In this document: piece after piece, positions 49,201 to 59,876 of the stretch
Layout of the letters: each line of letters starts with the position of its first letter
How positions within the stretch are numbered: position 1 is the stretch's first letter
NCBI GenBank assembly: GCA_964569695.1
Contig: CAZMUA010000013.1
Coordinates: forward strand, 20,876 to 84,875
Direction: 5' to 3'
DNA from: an uncultured Woeseiaceae bacterium
Lineage (GTDB): Bacteria; Acidobacteriota; Vicinamibacteria; Vicinamibacterales; UBA823
DNA length: 64,000 bases
Position numbers and translations under genes: made by a program
The notes under the pieces: generated by a model
Database searches by the model: none
Told to the model about the DNA's origin: nothing
Seen by the model: only the letters and a program-made list of their open reading frames with translations

Positions 49201-50994
49201 TTACTCCGGACCAGCAGTCAACTCCTGATCTTTGTACTGTAACTGATACAGACGATGGTAGATACCTCGTTGGGTAAGCAAGTTCTGATGGGTACCTCTT
49301 TCACGGATCTGGCCTTTGTGTAGAACGAGGATCTTATCCATATTTTGAATTGTCGACAAACGATGTGCTATCGCAATCGTCGTCCTACCAGCCATCAAAA
49401 CTTGCAAACCATCCTGAATAAGCAATTCTGTTTCCGTATCAACACTTGACGTTGCTTCGTCAAGCACGAGAATACGAGGATCAAAAGCCAGTGCTCTAGC
49501 GAAAGACAGGATTTGCTTCTGGCCAACAGAAAAGTTGGCACCTCGTTCCGCAACCACACTAGAAAAGCCATCTGGTAATGGAGCAATGAATCTGTCGGCG
49601 TGTACACTAGCTGCGGCCTGTTCGACCTCCGCGTCAGAAATGCCCTCTTCCCCAAGTCTGATATTCGAAGCTATCGACCCTGAAAACAAATGAACGTCCT
49701 GCAATACCAGACTAAAGAGACGCCGAAGCCCACGTAGGTCCAGTTCTCGAATATCCACTCCATCAAGACTAATGCGGCCACGAGTCACATCATAAAATCG
49801 CATCAACAAGTTGATAATCGTCGTTTTCCCAGCACCAGTTGCACCAACAATGCCGATGCGTTCTCCTGGCGCTACCTCAAAAGACACATCGCGAAGTACA
49901 AAATCTTTTTCATTATAGGCAAACCAAACGCGATCAAATTTAATGCGTCCAGGTGCCTGCCCACTTCGACTCACTGGATTCCTTGGATTTTTCAGGAGCA
50001 CTGGAGTATCGAGTAGGGTAAAAATACGTTCGGAAGATGCCATCGCTGCCTGTAACACATTGAACTTTTCTGACATATCACTGATTGGCCTGAAAAATCG
50101 CTGCGCGTACAGAAGGAAGGCCACCAACACACCTAGTGTGAGAGAGTCCTGGAGGACCCACGCACCACCGTACCAAATAATTAGTGAGGCAGCGAGCGCG
50201 CCAATGACTTCGATCGTGGGATAGAAAACTGCGTAGTACACAATTCCGGCAATATTTGAATCTCGATGGGTGCGGTTGATATCTTCAAATCGCGCATAAC
50301 TAAGCGCTTCGCGACGGAACAACTGTACGGTAGCCATACCACTAATGTGTTCCTGTAAAAATGCGTTAATCCTCGCTATCCACAATCGAACCGTGCGGTA
50401 GGTTTCACGTACGTTTCGGCGAAACCATTGCGTCATAAAAATAATCAATGGTAAAACCGAAAACGCAATAAGCGCCAGTCGCCAGTCCATTGATACAAGA
50501 ACGGTCATTATGCCGACCAACATGAAGATGTCACCAAACACCGTTACGATTCCTGAAGCGAACATGTCGTTAAGCACATCGACATCGGTCGTTACACGAG
50601 TCATGAGTCGACCAACGGGGTTACGATCATAGAATCGCATATCAAGCCGCTGCAGATGACTGTAGATTTCCATCCGCAAATCAAGCATGATCCGCTGTCC
50701 AGTCAGTTGCAGCGTGTAGGTGCGCACGTACTCCAGAATGAATGCACCGATTAGAACGAATAGAAAGATCAGAGCGACTTGATTCAGTCCAGCCATGTCT
50801 CCTGCAGCAATGTACTGATCAATCGCCAGTTTCATGAGATAAGGCTGTGCAAGCTGTAAGATCGAATGGCCAATGATCGCGAACAGCGCTATGACGACGC
50901 TAACCCGATACGGCTTCAGATAGGTCAGCAGTCGCCGCATCAAACGTGCGTCGTAGGCCTTACCGAGTACTTCTTCATCGTGTATGGTCATCAC
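49201..50994 (-). CDS. Heterodimeric ABC exporter subunit (YheH/MdlB-like)
   Basis: GATGAGKT, variant signature FSVGQKQ, LVLDEATSS. Confidence 0.92.
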   Translation of the reverse strand: MMTIHDEEVLGKAYDARLMRRLLTYLKPYRVSVVIALFAIIGHSILQLAQPYLMKLAIDQYIAAGDMAGLNQVALIFLFVLIGAFILEYVRTYTLQLTGQRIMLDLRMEIYSHLQRLDMRFYDRNPVGRLMTRVTTDVDVLNDMFASGIVTVFGDIFMLVGIMTVLVSMDWRLALIAFSVLPLIIFMTQWFRRNVRETYRTVRLWIARINAFLQEHISGMATVQLFRREALSYARFEDINRTHRDSNIAGIVYYAVFYPTIEVIGALAASLIIWYGGAWVLQDSLTLGVLVAFLLYAQRFFRPISDMSEKFNVLQAAMASSERIFTLLDTPVLLKNPRNPVSRSGQAPGRIKFDRVWFAYNEKDFVLRDVSFEVAPGERIGIVGATGAGKTTIINLLMRFYDVTRGRISLDGVDIRELDLRGLRRLFSLVLQDVHLFSGSIASNIRLGEEGISDAEVEQAAASVHADRFIAPLPDGFSSVVAERGANFSVGQKQILSFARALAFDPRILVLDEATSSVDTETELLIQDGLQVLMAGRTTIAIAHRLSTIQNMDKILVLHKGQIRERGTHQNLLTQRGIYHRLYQLQYKDQELTAGPE

Positions 50995-52820
50995 GAAGTT
51001 GCCAACTCATCCTCGAGTAACTGTTTGCGATGCAAATCGGCGTAAACGCCTCCGTAGGTGAGCAATTCATCATGAGAACCGCGCTCAACAACAGAACCAT
51101 TTTGAAGGACGATTATGAGGTCAGCCTGACGTACGGTGGAAATTCGATGAGAAACAATGAGTGCTGTCCGGTCCTGTAATTCCGTATTTAATTGCAACAG
51201 TATTCGCTCTTCCGTATACGTATCCACAGCTGACAGGGCATCATCGAGAATGATGATCCGTGGATTAACCATGAGTGCTCGCGCAATCGCTGTACGCTGT
51301 TTCTGTCCGCCCGATAAAGTAATCCCACGCTCCCCCACAATCGTTTGGTACTCATTTGAAAATTCTTTAATGTCGGTATCTAAGTTTGCAACTGCAGCCA
51401 TGCGTTCGACGGCAATTTGATCAAGGGCCTTATCAGCAGTTGTATCGAACGATCCAAACGCGATGTTCTCAGCGATCGTATCCGAAAACAAAAAAGGCTC
51501 TTGGGGCACAAAGCCTATGGCTCCACGCAAACTGGCAAGCGGTAACTCACGGACATCGACGTCATCAATGAACACAGTGCCTGGTGGTGGATCATGCAAT
51601 CGTGGGATGAGATTTAACAGAGTGGACTTTCCAGATCCCGTCGCACCCACAAGCGCCACTGTCTGGCCAGGATCAATACGTAGCGAAACATCACGTAACA
51701 CCGGTGAGCCGTCACCGTCACCGTAGGCAAACGTTAGATGGCGAAGTTCGAGGCGCCCTTGAATGCGCTCTACTTGTTCTGGATGGGTTGTCTGTACCGA
51801 GTCAGTGATCTCCGGAACAGTATCAAGAATTGGTAACATGCGCTTCCATGACGCCATGCCGCGTTGCAGCATGTTGGTGATCCATCCAAATGCAATCACC
51901 GGCCATGACAGCATCACCAAATAAGCATTAAACGCAACAAGCTCACCCACAGAGATACGCTCGAGAACTACCGATCGACTACCCAGCCAAAGCACAAGAA
52001 GCGCGCTTAGTCCCAGGAATAATGACAGGCTTGGCGAAAACAGTCCCTGCAACACGATCAAACCACGATTGCGATTCAGGTATTCGTGATTGGCCTGAGC
52101 AAATCGATTCAGTTCAGCTTGTTCCTGTCCATAAGCCCGTATAACTCGAACGCCAGAAAGTGACTCCTGAACGACTGCACTAATCTCAGACAATTGAGCC
52201 TGAATATGCTCGAATCGACGGTGTATGGCAGCGCCAAAGAACTTAACCGACAATGTCACTAAAGGTAGAGGGATGAGCGCGATTAACGTCAAGCGCATGT
52301 CAATCGACAGCATCATGACAATTGCTACAACAAACACGATAAGCGTGCTCGCTGAGTACATGATGGCTGGTCCCACCATCATTCGAACAGCGCTAAGGTC
52401 ATTCGTCGCGCGTGACATGATGTCGCCAGTTCGCACAGACTGAAAATACGACACTGACAATCGCTGTAGATGCGCGTAAAAGTCATTGCGCAGGTCGTAC
52501 TCGATTTCACGACTGACACCCACAATCACCCGTCGACTCAAGAACCGAAAGCACCCTCCTAACAGCGCAATTCCCAAGAGCGCACCCGCATACTGCGCAA
52601 GTTTGACGCGTGTCACCATAGTTGATAAATCGTCTATCGCGTATTTGAGCACCCACGGGGACAGCAATGAAACACTTGCGGTGCCGAAGACACAGGCAAG
52701 ACCAAGCGTCAAACGAAGACGGTATTGAAGCACGTAAGGGATAAGACGCTGAAGCGGTGACTGCATGTACCTTCTCGAAGAACCTACTGACTCACTCGTA
52801 GGATGGTCGAACTTACTCAC
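50991..52820 (-). CDS. Heterodimeric ABC exporter subunit (YheI/MdlA-like)
   Basis: GATGSGKS, LSGGQKQR, degenerate Walker B ILDDALSAVD; start may be the internal MQSPL. Confidence 0.92.
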   Translation of the reverse strand: MSKFDHPTSESVGSSRRYMQSPLQRLIPYVLQYRLRLTLGLACVFGTASVSLLSPWVLKYAIDDLSTMVTRVKLAQYAGALLGIALLGGCFRFLSRRVIVGVSREIEYDLRNDFYAHLQRLSVSYFQSVRTGDIMSRATNDLSAVRMMVGPAIMYSASTLIVFVVAIVMMLSIDMRLTLIALIPLPLVTLSVKFFGAAIHRRFEHIQAQLSEISAVVQESLSGVRVIRAYGQEQAELNRFAQANHEYLNRNRGLIVLQGLFSPSLSLFLGLSALLVLWLGSRSVVLERISVGELVAFNAYLVMLSWPVIAFGWITNMLQRGMASWKRMLPILDTVPEITDSVQTTHPEQVERIQGRLELRHLTFAYGDGDGSPVLRDVSLRIDPGQTVALVGATGSGKSTLLNLIPRLHDPPPGTVFIDDVDVRELPLASLRGAIGFVPQEPFLFSDTIAENIAFGSFDTTADKALDQIAVERMAAVANLDTDIKEFSNEYQTIVGERGITLSGGQKQRTAIARALMVNPRIIILDDALSAVDTYTEERILLQLNTELQDRTALIVSHRISTVRQADLIIVLQNGSVVERGSHDELLTYGGVYADLHRKQLLEDELATS

Positions 52821-52981
52821 TGCGGAATTTCACCGCAGTAAACCCGAATTTCGTGACGCGGCAACCAAGCAACGGCAGTTGAGGTGGTGACCTTAATGTC
52901 ACTGGAGGGCGTGAACACTACTCTAACACAATCATATATCCGCCGAGATGACGGCTCACTCAGTCATAGTTTGAACTGGTG

Positions 52982-54187
52982 TCAGTCACTCATGGCCCTA
53001 TCCATCGAAGACTTCGCAAGACGATGATCCGCCTCTTGCATGGTTTCTTCTTTTTTGCAAAAGCAAAAACGTAGCTTTGTACGACCAAGCTCAGCGTGAC
53101 GATAGAAGCTACTACCAGGAACCGCAGCGACACCGACCTCACGAACAAGGTAGCGCGCAAACTCAACATCGTCGCTACAGTCAAACGCTTGAAGATCCGT
53201 CATGATGTAATAAGCACCAGATGGTTTATAACAATGGAAGTGGTGGCGCTCCAGAATATCAAGGAGTAGGTCGCGACGATGCTGGTAGGCAGTGGCCAAT
53301 TCCTGATAGTACCCGTCAGGAAGACTGAGTGCAGCCGCACCAGCGGCCTGGAGTGGCGCCGCCGCGCCCACCGTCAGAAAGTCATGGACCTTTCGAATAG
53401 CACCAGTCAGCACTGTTGGCGCGATTGCCCAGCCAACCCGCCACCCTGTAACACTGAATGTTTTCGATAGGCTATTGATCGTAACTGTCCGCTCAGCCAT
53501 CCCATCTATAGTGGCCATCGGAACATGGCGGTGCCCATCGTAGACAATGTGCTCATAAATTTCGTCAGTGATGGCTAGCACGTTCCATTGCTGGCACAAC
53601 CTGGCAATGACCGACAGCTCATCACGTGACAGAACCTTTCCGGTCGGATTGTTCGGAGTATTAATAATAATGGCACGCGTTTTTTCGTTAAATGCCGCCG
53701 CAAGTTCGTCAGGATCGAATGTCCAGTCAGGCTCATGTAGAGTCACATATCGGGGCACCGCATCTGACAAGATCGCATCTGGCCCATAATTTTCGTAGAA
53801 CGGTTCAAATGCAATCACCTCGTCACCGGGATCGACACAGGCGAGCAACGTCGTGATCATCGCTTCCGTCGAACCACAGCAGACAGTCACCTGTTGGTCC
53901 GCATCCACCGGCACGTCATAGCGTTTGCTAAATTCCCTAGCAATCGCATCCCGCAGTGGTTTGGCCCCCCACGTGACAGCATACTGGTTGATGTCAGCAC
54001 GGATCGCTTCACAGGCCGCTTCCTTAACCATCTCTGGCGCAGGAAAATCAGGAAACCCCTGAGACAGATTGATACCGTTGTGTTCTTGCGACAGGCGAGT
54101 CATTTCCCGAATCACGGACTCGGAAAACTGGCTCGCTTTGTAAGAACACCGAATATTGCGTGAGTCATCTTGCATCTGACGAACCAC
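52982..54187 (-). CDS. PLP-dependent aminotransferase class I/II (YbdL/kynurenine aminotransferase-like)
   Basis: NLSQGFPDF, NTPNNPTG, DEIYE, SLSKTFSVTGWRVG. Confidence 0.92.
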   Translation of the reverse strand: MVRQMQDDSRNIRCSYKASQFSESVIREMTRLSQEHNGINLSQGFPDFPAPEMVKEAACEAIRADINQYAVTWGAKPLRDAIAREFSKRYDVPVDADQQVTVCCGSTEAMITTLLACVDPGDEVIAFEPFYENYGPDAILSDAVPRYVTLHEPDWTFDPDELAAAFNEKTRAIIINTPNNPTGKVLSRDELSVIARLCQQWNVLAITDEIYEHIVYDGHRHVPMATIDGMAERTVTINSLSKTFSVTGWRVGWAIAPTVLTGAIRKVHDFLTVGAAAPLQAAGAAALSLPDGYYQELATAYQHRRDLLLDILERHHFHCYKPSGAYYIMTDLQAFDCSDDVEFARYLVREVGVAAVPGSSFYRHAELGRTKLRFCFCKKEETMQEADHRLAKSSMDRAMSD

Positions 54188-54300
54188 CTATCCCCCACGA
54201 CACACCGAATTGAACAGAAACAGGCAAGCGGCCATTATACGTGATGCGTTGAACGCGCGCGCTCATCTTGAAACGCTGCAAGTCTCACGCACTCAACCAA

Positions 54301-54329
54301 TTGACCCGTCATTATCTCAAGACTACAAT
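54301..54329 (+). promoter_or_regulatory. Sigma70 promoter of tmRNA
   Basis: TTGACC-N17-TACAAT, about 50 nt upstream of ssrA. Confidence 0.7.
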
Positions 54330-54377
54330 AGGACCCAGGTGTGGTCATCTGGCCACGTACACTTTGAGGGTCCAATC

Positions 54378-54729
54378 GGGGGCGACACGGCTTCGACGGA
54401 GGTATGAGAGCGCGGGATGCATGTCGAGCACTATCGACTCGTAAATCCGATGGAAAAAACCATAATTGCAGATTCGCAATTAGCACTCGCTGCTTAAGAG
54501 CAGCGACGTTCACCCCGTCCTTGCCTGTGAGGCGGGACTGAATGTCATTTTAGCAGGCTGGTCGTGACGGGCGGCACCGACGCGTCACGACGAGATTTTA
54601 TCGGGGCTAGTTGGTAACGGTTTGGGCGGCGCTTTAACGTTACCGGCGAACTTTCAAGGGCCGACACACATGTAGATTCTCTCGTATCTGTACTTTCGGA
54701 CGTGGGTTCGACTCCCACCGCCTCCACCA
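54378..54729 (+). ncRNA. ssrA: tmRNA (one-piece); tag (A)ADSQLALAA at 54468-54497
   Basis: 5' GGGGGCGACACGGCTTCGAC; 3' GTGGGTTCGACTCCCACCGCCTCCACCA; Ala G:U pair; tag frame ends LALAA-stop. Confidence 0.97.
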
Positions 54730-54828
54730 TTTCTCGCCTCTCCTCATTGTCGGATATAAAATTATCCGTCAGCCCGCGATGTTCGCGGTACGCTAACGGG
54801 GCGCCATCAGGAATCTGGACAACAGCAA

Positions 54829-56010
54829 ATGCGATCTTCAGCGGATGTGGTAATCATCGGAGGCGGATGCATGGGTGTGAGTGTCGCTTATCACCTCGCT
54901 CGTCTCGGCATGCAAAACATTGTGCTTTTGGAACGTGAACAACTGCTGGGAGCAGGATCAACCGGAAAGTGCGCTGGGGGAGCCCGTCTTCAATTTTCAA
55001 GTGAATCCAATATTCGCCTGTCTCTTGAGTCAATCGATATTCTGGAACGTTTTGAAGATGAACTCGGCCAGTCAATTGATTTCCGTCAAGACGGCTATAT
55101 GTTCCTGCTTTCTGAAGCGAGCACTCTCGACACTTTCCGAAAAAACTTTGAACTTCAACGGCGCCTCGGTGTGCCCGTTGAATGGCTGGATGTCGATGAA
55201 GCCTGTCGACGGGCGCCAGGGATGACCCGTGAAAATCTTCGCGCCGCCACGTTCTGTGGGCGCGATGGCATTGCCGATCCCAATAGCGTCACGATGGGAT
55301 TTGCGAAGGCAGCCCAGCAACTCGGCGTGACGATCGAGCGTGAAGTCGAAGTTATAGGCATTGGACTCGACGCTGACCGAATTACAGAGATCCAAACGAG
55401 TGCTGGACCAATCGAGACGCGGATCGTGGTCAATGCGGCAGGTCCCTGGTCTCATCAGATTGGCCAAATGGTGGCGACCAGCATTCCTGTGCAACCATTC
55501 CGACGGCATATCTTTATTGCTGATGTACCACCCGACCCCAAAGACCTACCCCATGAAGCACGCACGTCACCTTCCACGCGCATTTTGACCATCGATTTTG
55601 ATACCAGTTTCTATTTTCACCGTGAAAGCACGGGCATCTTATTTGGCATGGGAGACCCTGACGAACCTTCAAGTTTCGAACAAAGCGTGAACTGGGATCT
55701 TCTGGAGCGGATTGCACCAGTCGCCGCACGACGCCTACCTGTATTGGCCGATGCCGGCATTAGCACGGCTTGGGCAGGCCTCTACGAGATGACACCAGAT
55801 GCAATGCCGATCATTGGGCCAGTTGAGGAACACCCCGGGTTCTTCATCATCAGTGGATTCAGCGGACACGGCTTTCAGCATTCACCAGCTGCTGGGCGGA
55901 TCCTAGCAGACATCATCACCGACCGGTCTCCTGGTGAGATTGACTTAGCACCGTTCGCATTTGACCGATTCGCTCGAGGCAGCGTGGTTCGGGAAGGGAA
56001 CGTTGTTTAA
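54829..56010 (+). CDS. FAD-dependent oxidoreductase (sarcosine oxidase beta / DAO family)
   Basis: VVIIGGGCMG, STGKCAG, VNAAGPW, WAGLYEMTPD, GFSGHGFQ. Confidence 0.9.
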   Translation: MRSSADVVIIGGGCMGVSVAYHLARLGMQNIVLLEREQLLGAGSTGKCAGGARLQFSSESNIRLSLESIDILERFEDELGQSIDFRQDGYMFLLSEASTLDTFRKNFELQRRLGVPVEWLDVDEACRRAPGMTRENLRAATFCGRDGIADPNSVTMGFAKAAQQLGVTIEREVEVIGIGLDADRITEIQTSAGPIETRIVVNAAGPWSHQIGQMVATSIPVQPFRRHIFIADVPPDPKDLPHEARTSPSTRILTIDFDTSFYFHRESTGILFGMGDPDEPSSFEQSVNWDLLERIAPVAARRLPVLADAGISTAWAGLYEMTPDAMPIIGPVEEHPGFFIISGFSGHGFQHSPAAGRILADIITDRSPGEIDLAPFAFDRFARGSVVREGNVV

Positions 56011-56041
56011 GCTCCTGCATCACAGCTGAACAACTCCGGCA

Positions 56042-57553
56042 TCACTCAACAAACGAGTCCTCAGCAAAAGCGTCACGGAGTAGATCGCTGGAAGGTGGAG
56101 TCGACCACATACTCACGACCGGAATCACGAAGAATGGAACTACCATGGCCACCGAGGCAGCAATCGGCGTCAATTCCGGTCGTCCACTCACAATAAGGTA
56201 GCCCCCCCATACAACCGCAATCCCGAGCCCGGTGAGCATCCCGGCAAATGCGGCAGAGCCGGTCGCCGAACGCCAAAACAAGCCGTACACGTAAGGAGCC
56301 AGGAATGCGCCAGCAACAGCTCCCCAACTGAGCGACATTAACGTCACGATGAAAGCAAAATCATTGTTCGCAATCACGAAAGAAATCGCAATGAAGACAG
56401 ATGCCATCCATCGCATGATTCGAAGCGACTGGGCTGGAGTCGCCTCGGGACCCGCTCGCCCAGCACGAAGGTCAACCGAAATCGCAGACGAAGAAACGAG
56501 AACGAGACTCGACAGCGTGCTCATTGAAGCCGAGAGAACCAGTAGCAGAACGACTGCCATGAGAACCTCTGGCAGCTGGGCAGTGAGTAGTTCTGGTACA
56601 AGGACGTCGTATTGCACACCCACCGTTCCTGATTGCTCTCGGGTCAACGCACTAGCCGGCAGACCGTCAGCAAAGAATACGCGGGTTAAAGCACCCGTGA
56701 AATAAGCGGCAAACACCGTGACCGTGGCAAATACACTGGTAACGATCGTGGCCGTCGTAATGTGTCGTTCACTTTTGATGGCATAGAACTTATGGACCAT
56801 CTGCGGCAAGCCCCACGGGCCGAAGCTACTCATGAAGACCACCGACCACAAAACCCACCACGAAGGTTCGGGCGACAGTAACCCATCCGCAAAAACGTTA
56901 ACCCTCATCGTCTGGACGACCGCAGTAAGACCGCCCCCTTGCCCCACAAGTACGACGACCATGACGACGGCACCGACCAACATGATTAAACCTTGAATCA
57001 GGTCAGCGATAGCGACAGCAAAGTAACCACCGAGCGTCAGGTACAGACCAGTGCTCACACACATGATGAACAGGGCAGCTTCATAGGACAGCAGATCCTG
57101 AAAGTTAATCTCAACCAAGTGACTCAAACCCTTAAACACCGATGCGGAGTATGGGAGTAGAAAGAGAAAGATGATGCCGGCCGCGAACACCCGCAAGAGT
57201 GGCAACTGATAGCGCTTCGCGAAAAACTCTGGCATGGTTAAAGCGTCCAAATTGCGGGTCATACTTCGGGTAGGTTTCGCAAGAATTACCCAAGCGGCCA
57301 AAACCCCGAAGAGTGTATTACCGGCTGCAATCCAGAGCGCATCCAGTCCGTAGTTCCAGCCAAATTGGCCCGCAAAACCAATAAAAACGACAGCGGAAAA
57401 GTAACTCGTCCCGTAGGCAAATGCAGAAGCCCAAGGCCCGATTTGTCGTCCACCAAGAAAAAAGTCTGTCGGAGTTCGAGTTCGGCCCATGCCCCACACC
57501 CCAAGGCCGATCATGGCAAGGATGAAGGCTGCGACAAGAAATAGAGCAATCAT
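56042..57553 (-). CDS. Sodium:solute symporter (SSS, PutP-like)
   Basis: DFFLGGR, SAVVFIGFAG, GGYFAVAIADLIQG, WGLPQ, SASMST; about 13 TMs; start placed at ATG 57553. Confidence 0.92.
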   Translation of the reverse strand: MIALFLVAAFILAMIGLGVWGMGRTRTPTDFFLGGRQIGPWASAFAYGTSYFSAVVFIGFAGQFGWNYGLDALWIAAGNTLFGVLAAWVILAKPTRSMTRNLDALTMPEFFAKRYQLPLLRVFAAGIIFLFLLPYSASVFKGLSHLVEINFQDLLSYEAALFIMCVSTGLYLTLGGYFAVAIADLIQGLIMLVGAVVMVVVLVGQGGGLTAVVQTMRVNVFADGLLSPEPSWWVLWSVVFMSSFGPWGLPQMVHKFYAIKSERHITTATIVTSVFATVTVFAAYFTGALTRVFFADGLPASALTREQSGTVGVQYDVLVPELLTAQLPEVLMAVVLLLVLSASMSTLSSLVLVSSSAISVDLRAGRAGPEATPAQSLRIMRWMASVFIAISFVIANNDFAFIVTLMSLSWGAVAGAFLAPYVYGLFWRSATGSAAFAGMLTGLGIAVVWGGYLIVSGRPELTPIAASVAMVVPFFVIPVVSMWSTPPSSDLLRDAFAEDSFVE

Positions 57554-57645
57554 TAACTCACGGCAAACGCGGCACTGCACAGCATGACGCCGGCAACCCT
57601 GACAGAGCGACGTAAGGTGTGCTTACGATGAGCCGCCGGCAACAT

Positions 57646-59637
57646 TTACGGTAGTGCTAACGCGACGAGGGAACCCGTATAGCCACGACCACCAACAGCC
57701 TGAATAATGTACTGCTTTCCGTTGTGCATATATGTCATCGGTGCCGTGTTCGATGGCGCTGGCAAATCCACTGTCCCAACTCGGGCACCCGTCTCCTTAT
57801 CGACGGCGTGAAAACGGGCCTGCGCGCCTCGACCTTCGCCATACATTAACAAGGTCTTGGTCAGCAGTACCGTGGCGTGCGCCCGTTGACCGGTATTGGG
57901 AATCTCCATCCCTTGCAGCGCCGGATGATTCTTGACCTGGTCTGGAGTATCCCCATTTGGAATCCACCAAAGCTGCTCACCCGTGTTCAAGTCAATCGCC
58001 GTGATTCGGCCGTAGGGTGGCTTCAAAATGGGTAAACCCTCGGGTCCACGAGGCCCTCGCCCAGGCCCACTCGCCCACTCCATAACCGTGAGTCCTATGG
58101 GATTGGGATCGCGTGCATCCATCTCGGCCCCAGGCACGAGAAAGGGAGCCCCGCAGGTTTTAGTCGACGCGACGTACAAAATGCCAGTCTCTGGATCGAC
58201 GTTAGCCCCGCCCGGGATATTGGTACCACCATTGCCTCCAGGGCAAATTAGTGCAGCACGCTTGTTAATATCGTTATCACGATGTAACGGGGGATTATAC
58301 AAGGGGCCCATCTGAAAGTCGTCCATAAGTTCGATGGCCGCCGTACGGAGTTCCGGCGTAAAGTCGATCAGATCATCGACGGTGACACCTTGCATCTCGT
58401 ACGCCGCCGGCCGCGTGGGAAAAGGCTGTGTCGGCGAAGTCTGCTCACCTGGAATCATAGATTCAGGAACTTCTCGCTCTTCAATCGGCCACACCGGTTC
58501 TCCTGTTTCACGATTCAGCACGTACGCAAATGACTGCTTTGTGGTTTGCACCAGAAGCGGTACCTTTTTGCCGTCAATCATCACATCCACAAGATTTGGC
58601 GCTGTTGGATTGTCATAGTTCCAGATGTCGTGATGGACTGTCTGGAAATGCCAGGCTCGTTCACCAGTCTCTGCATGTAAAGCCACGATGCTCGTCGAAA
58701 ACAAGTTGTCCCCCGGGTGAAAGCCACCCCAAAAATCGTTTGAGGGAGGGTCCGTCACAAAATAGACGAGTCCGAGCTCGGGGTCGGCCGACAGGGGTGC
58801 CCAGGCAGACACGTTCCCCGTGTACGACCAGGCGTCACTTTCCCAAGTGTCATGACCAAATTCACCAGGCTGTGGAATCACATTAAATTTCCATTTGTGG
58901 TCACCGTCCTTGGCGTCATACGCCACAATGTGGCCAGGCACATTTTCACGGCGCGTCTGGTTGTATCCCTGCTGATGGGCATTCCCTACGACAATGACGT
59001 CATTGACGACAATCGGAGGTGAAGAATTCGTAATGTAGCCAACTTCTCGCGGAATCCCTGCGTCTGGATCATAGTCATAGCCAAAATCCGCCAGCAGATC
59101 GACGGTACCATTGGAACCAAAGGTCTCAATGGGATAGCCCGTATCAGGGTCTAACGCGTGCAGGAAGAACGCTGGGGTGACCACATAGATTCGCCCTTTG
59201 CCTTCCACTTCAGCGTACGCAACACCCTTACCATAATTTTTCCGCATTGAATCCTCCCACCGCTTAGTCGGTGGTTCGCGGAAAGTCCAGAGAGTCTCAC
59301 CCGTAGCCGGATCGATCGACACGACCGTACGACGCTGACCCGCTACACTGTAGAGCCTGCCATTAACATAAATTGGTGTGGCGCGGAGGATGTTATCCGC
59401 AGACGGGCCGAAGTTATCACCCTTCCAGACCCAAGCCACTTCAAGATCTTCGAAATTGTTCGCGTCAACCTGTGTTAGAGGCAAGTACCGTGAACTCGCT
59501 GCGTCACTTCCCCAGTAACGCCACTCGCTATTGTTTGCCTGTTGCGCCACGGCTGATGTCGTCAGGAACAATATGCAGCTGACCAACATGATAATTGGCG
59601 TTTCCTGCCACCCTTGCTTAACCCATCTCATACTCAC
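57646..59637 (-). CDS. Exported PQQ-binding beta-propeller (quinoprotein glucose dehydrogenase-like), paralog of 135-2264
   Basis: Signal peptide; EWRYWGSD; TG-x-x-x-W repeats; FQTVHHDIWNYD; KPPYGRITAIDL; PMTYMHNGKQYI. Confidence 0.87.
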   Translation of the reverse strand: MSMRWVKQGWQETPIIMLVSCILFLTTSAVAQQANNSEWRYWGSDAASSRYLPLTQVDANNFEDLEVAWVWKGDNFGPSADNILRATPIYVNGRLYSVAGQRRTVVSIDPATGETLWTFREPPTKRWEDSMRKNYGKGVAYAEVEGKGRIYVVTPAFFLHALDPDTGYPIETFGSNGTVDLLADFGYDYDPDAGIPREVGYITNSSPPIVVNDVIVVGNAHQQGYNQTRRENVPGHIVAYDAKDGDHKWKFNVIPQPGEFGHDTWESDAWSYTGNVSAWAPLSADPELGLVYFVTDPPSNDFWGGFHPGDNLFSTSIVALHAETGERAWHFQTVHHDIWNYDNPTAPNLVDVMIDGKKVPLLVQTTKQSFAYVLNRETGEPVWPIEEREVPESMIPGEQTSPTQPFPTRPAAYEMQGVTVDDLIDFTPELRTAAIELMDDFQMGPLYNPPLHRDNDINKRAALICPGGNGGTNIPGGANVDPETGILYVASTKTCGAPFLVPGAEMDARDPNPIGLTVMEWASGPGRGPRGPEGLPILKPPYGRITAIDLNTGEQLWWIPNGDTPDQVKNHPALQGMEIPNTGQRAHATVLLTKTLLMYGEGRGAQARFHAVDKETGARVGTVDLPAPSNTAPMTYMHNGKQYIIQAVGGRGYTGSLVALALP

Positions 59638-59876
59638 AGAATTCTCCCTTTTATTGCACCAGGTGATACAGTCTTACGCGAAAGTTTCTGGCGCCAAGAT
59701 ACGGGGCTGAACCTCACTGAGGGTTCGACCAAGTGCTTTCATAATACCCCGATTGGCACCAGATACACTGAAGAATGATATATAGAGAAAAAACATCAAC
59801 CCAAAAACTGTGCAAATGACTCCGTTGGTGTCGGAAGACAACCTAAGGTAGACTGAACAATAACTGACCACACGAT

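Noticed and set aside
49201-52820. Degenerate ABC motifs (FSVGQ; LDD Walker B) as a novelty
   Set aside because: This is the standard asymmetric site pattern of heterodimeric ABC exporters (TM287/288, BmrCD).
54480-54506. CIRCE-like half-site TTAGCACTC-N9-GAG
   Set aside because: It lies in the tmRNA tag frame (Leu-Ala-Leu codons), and the right arm GAGCAGCGA does not match GAGTGCTAA.
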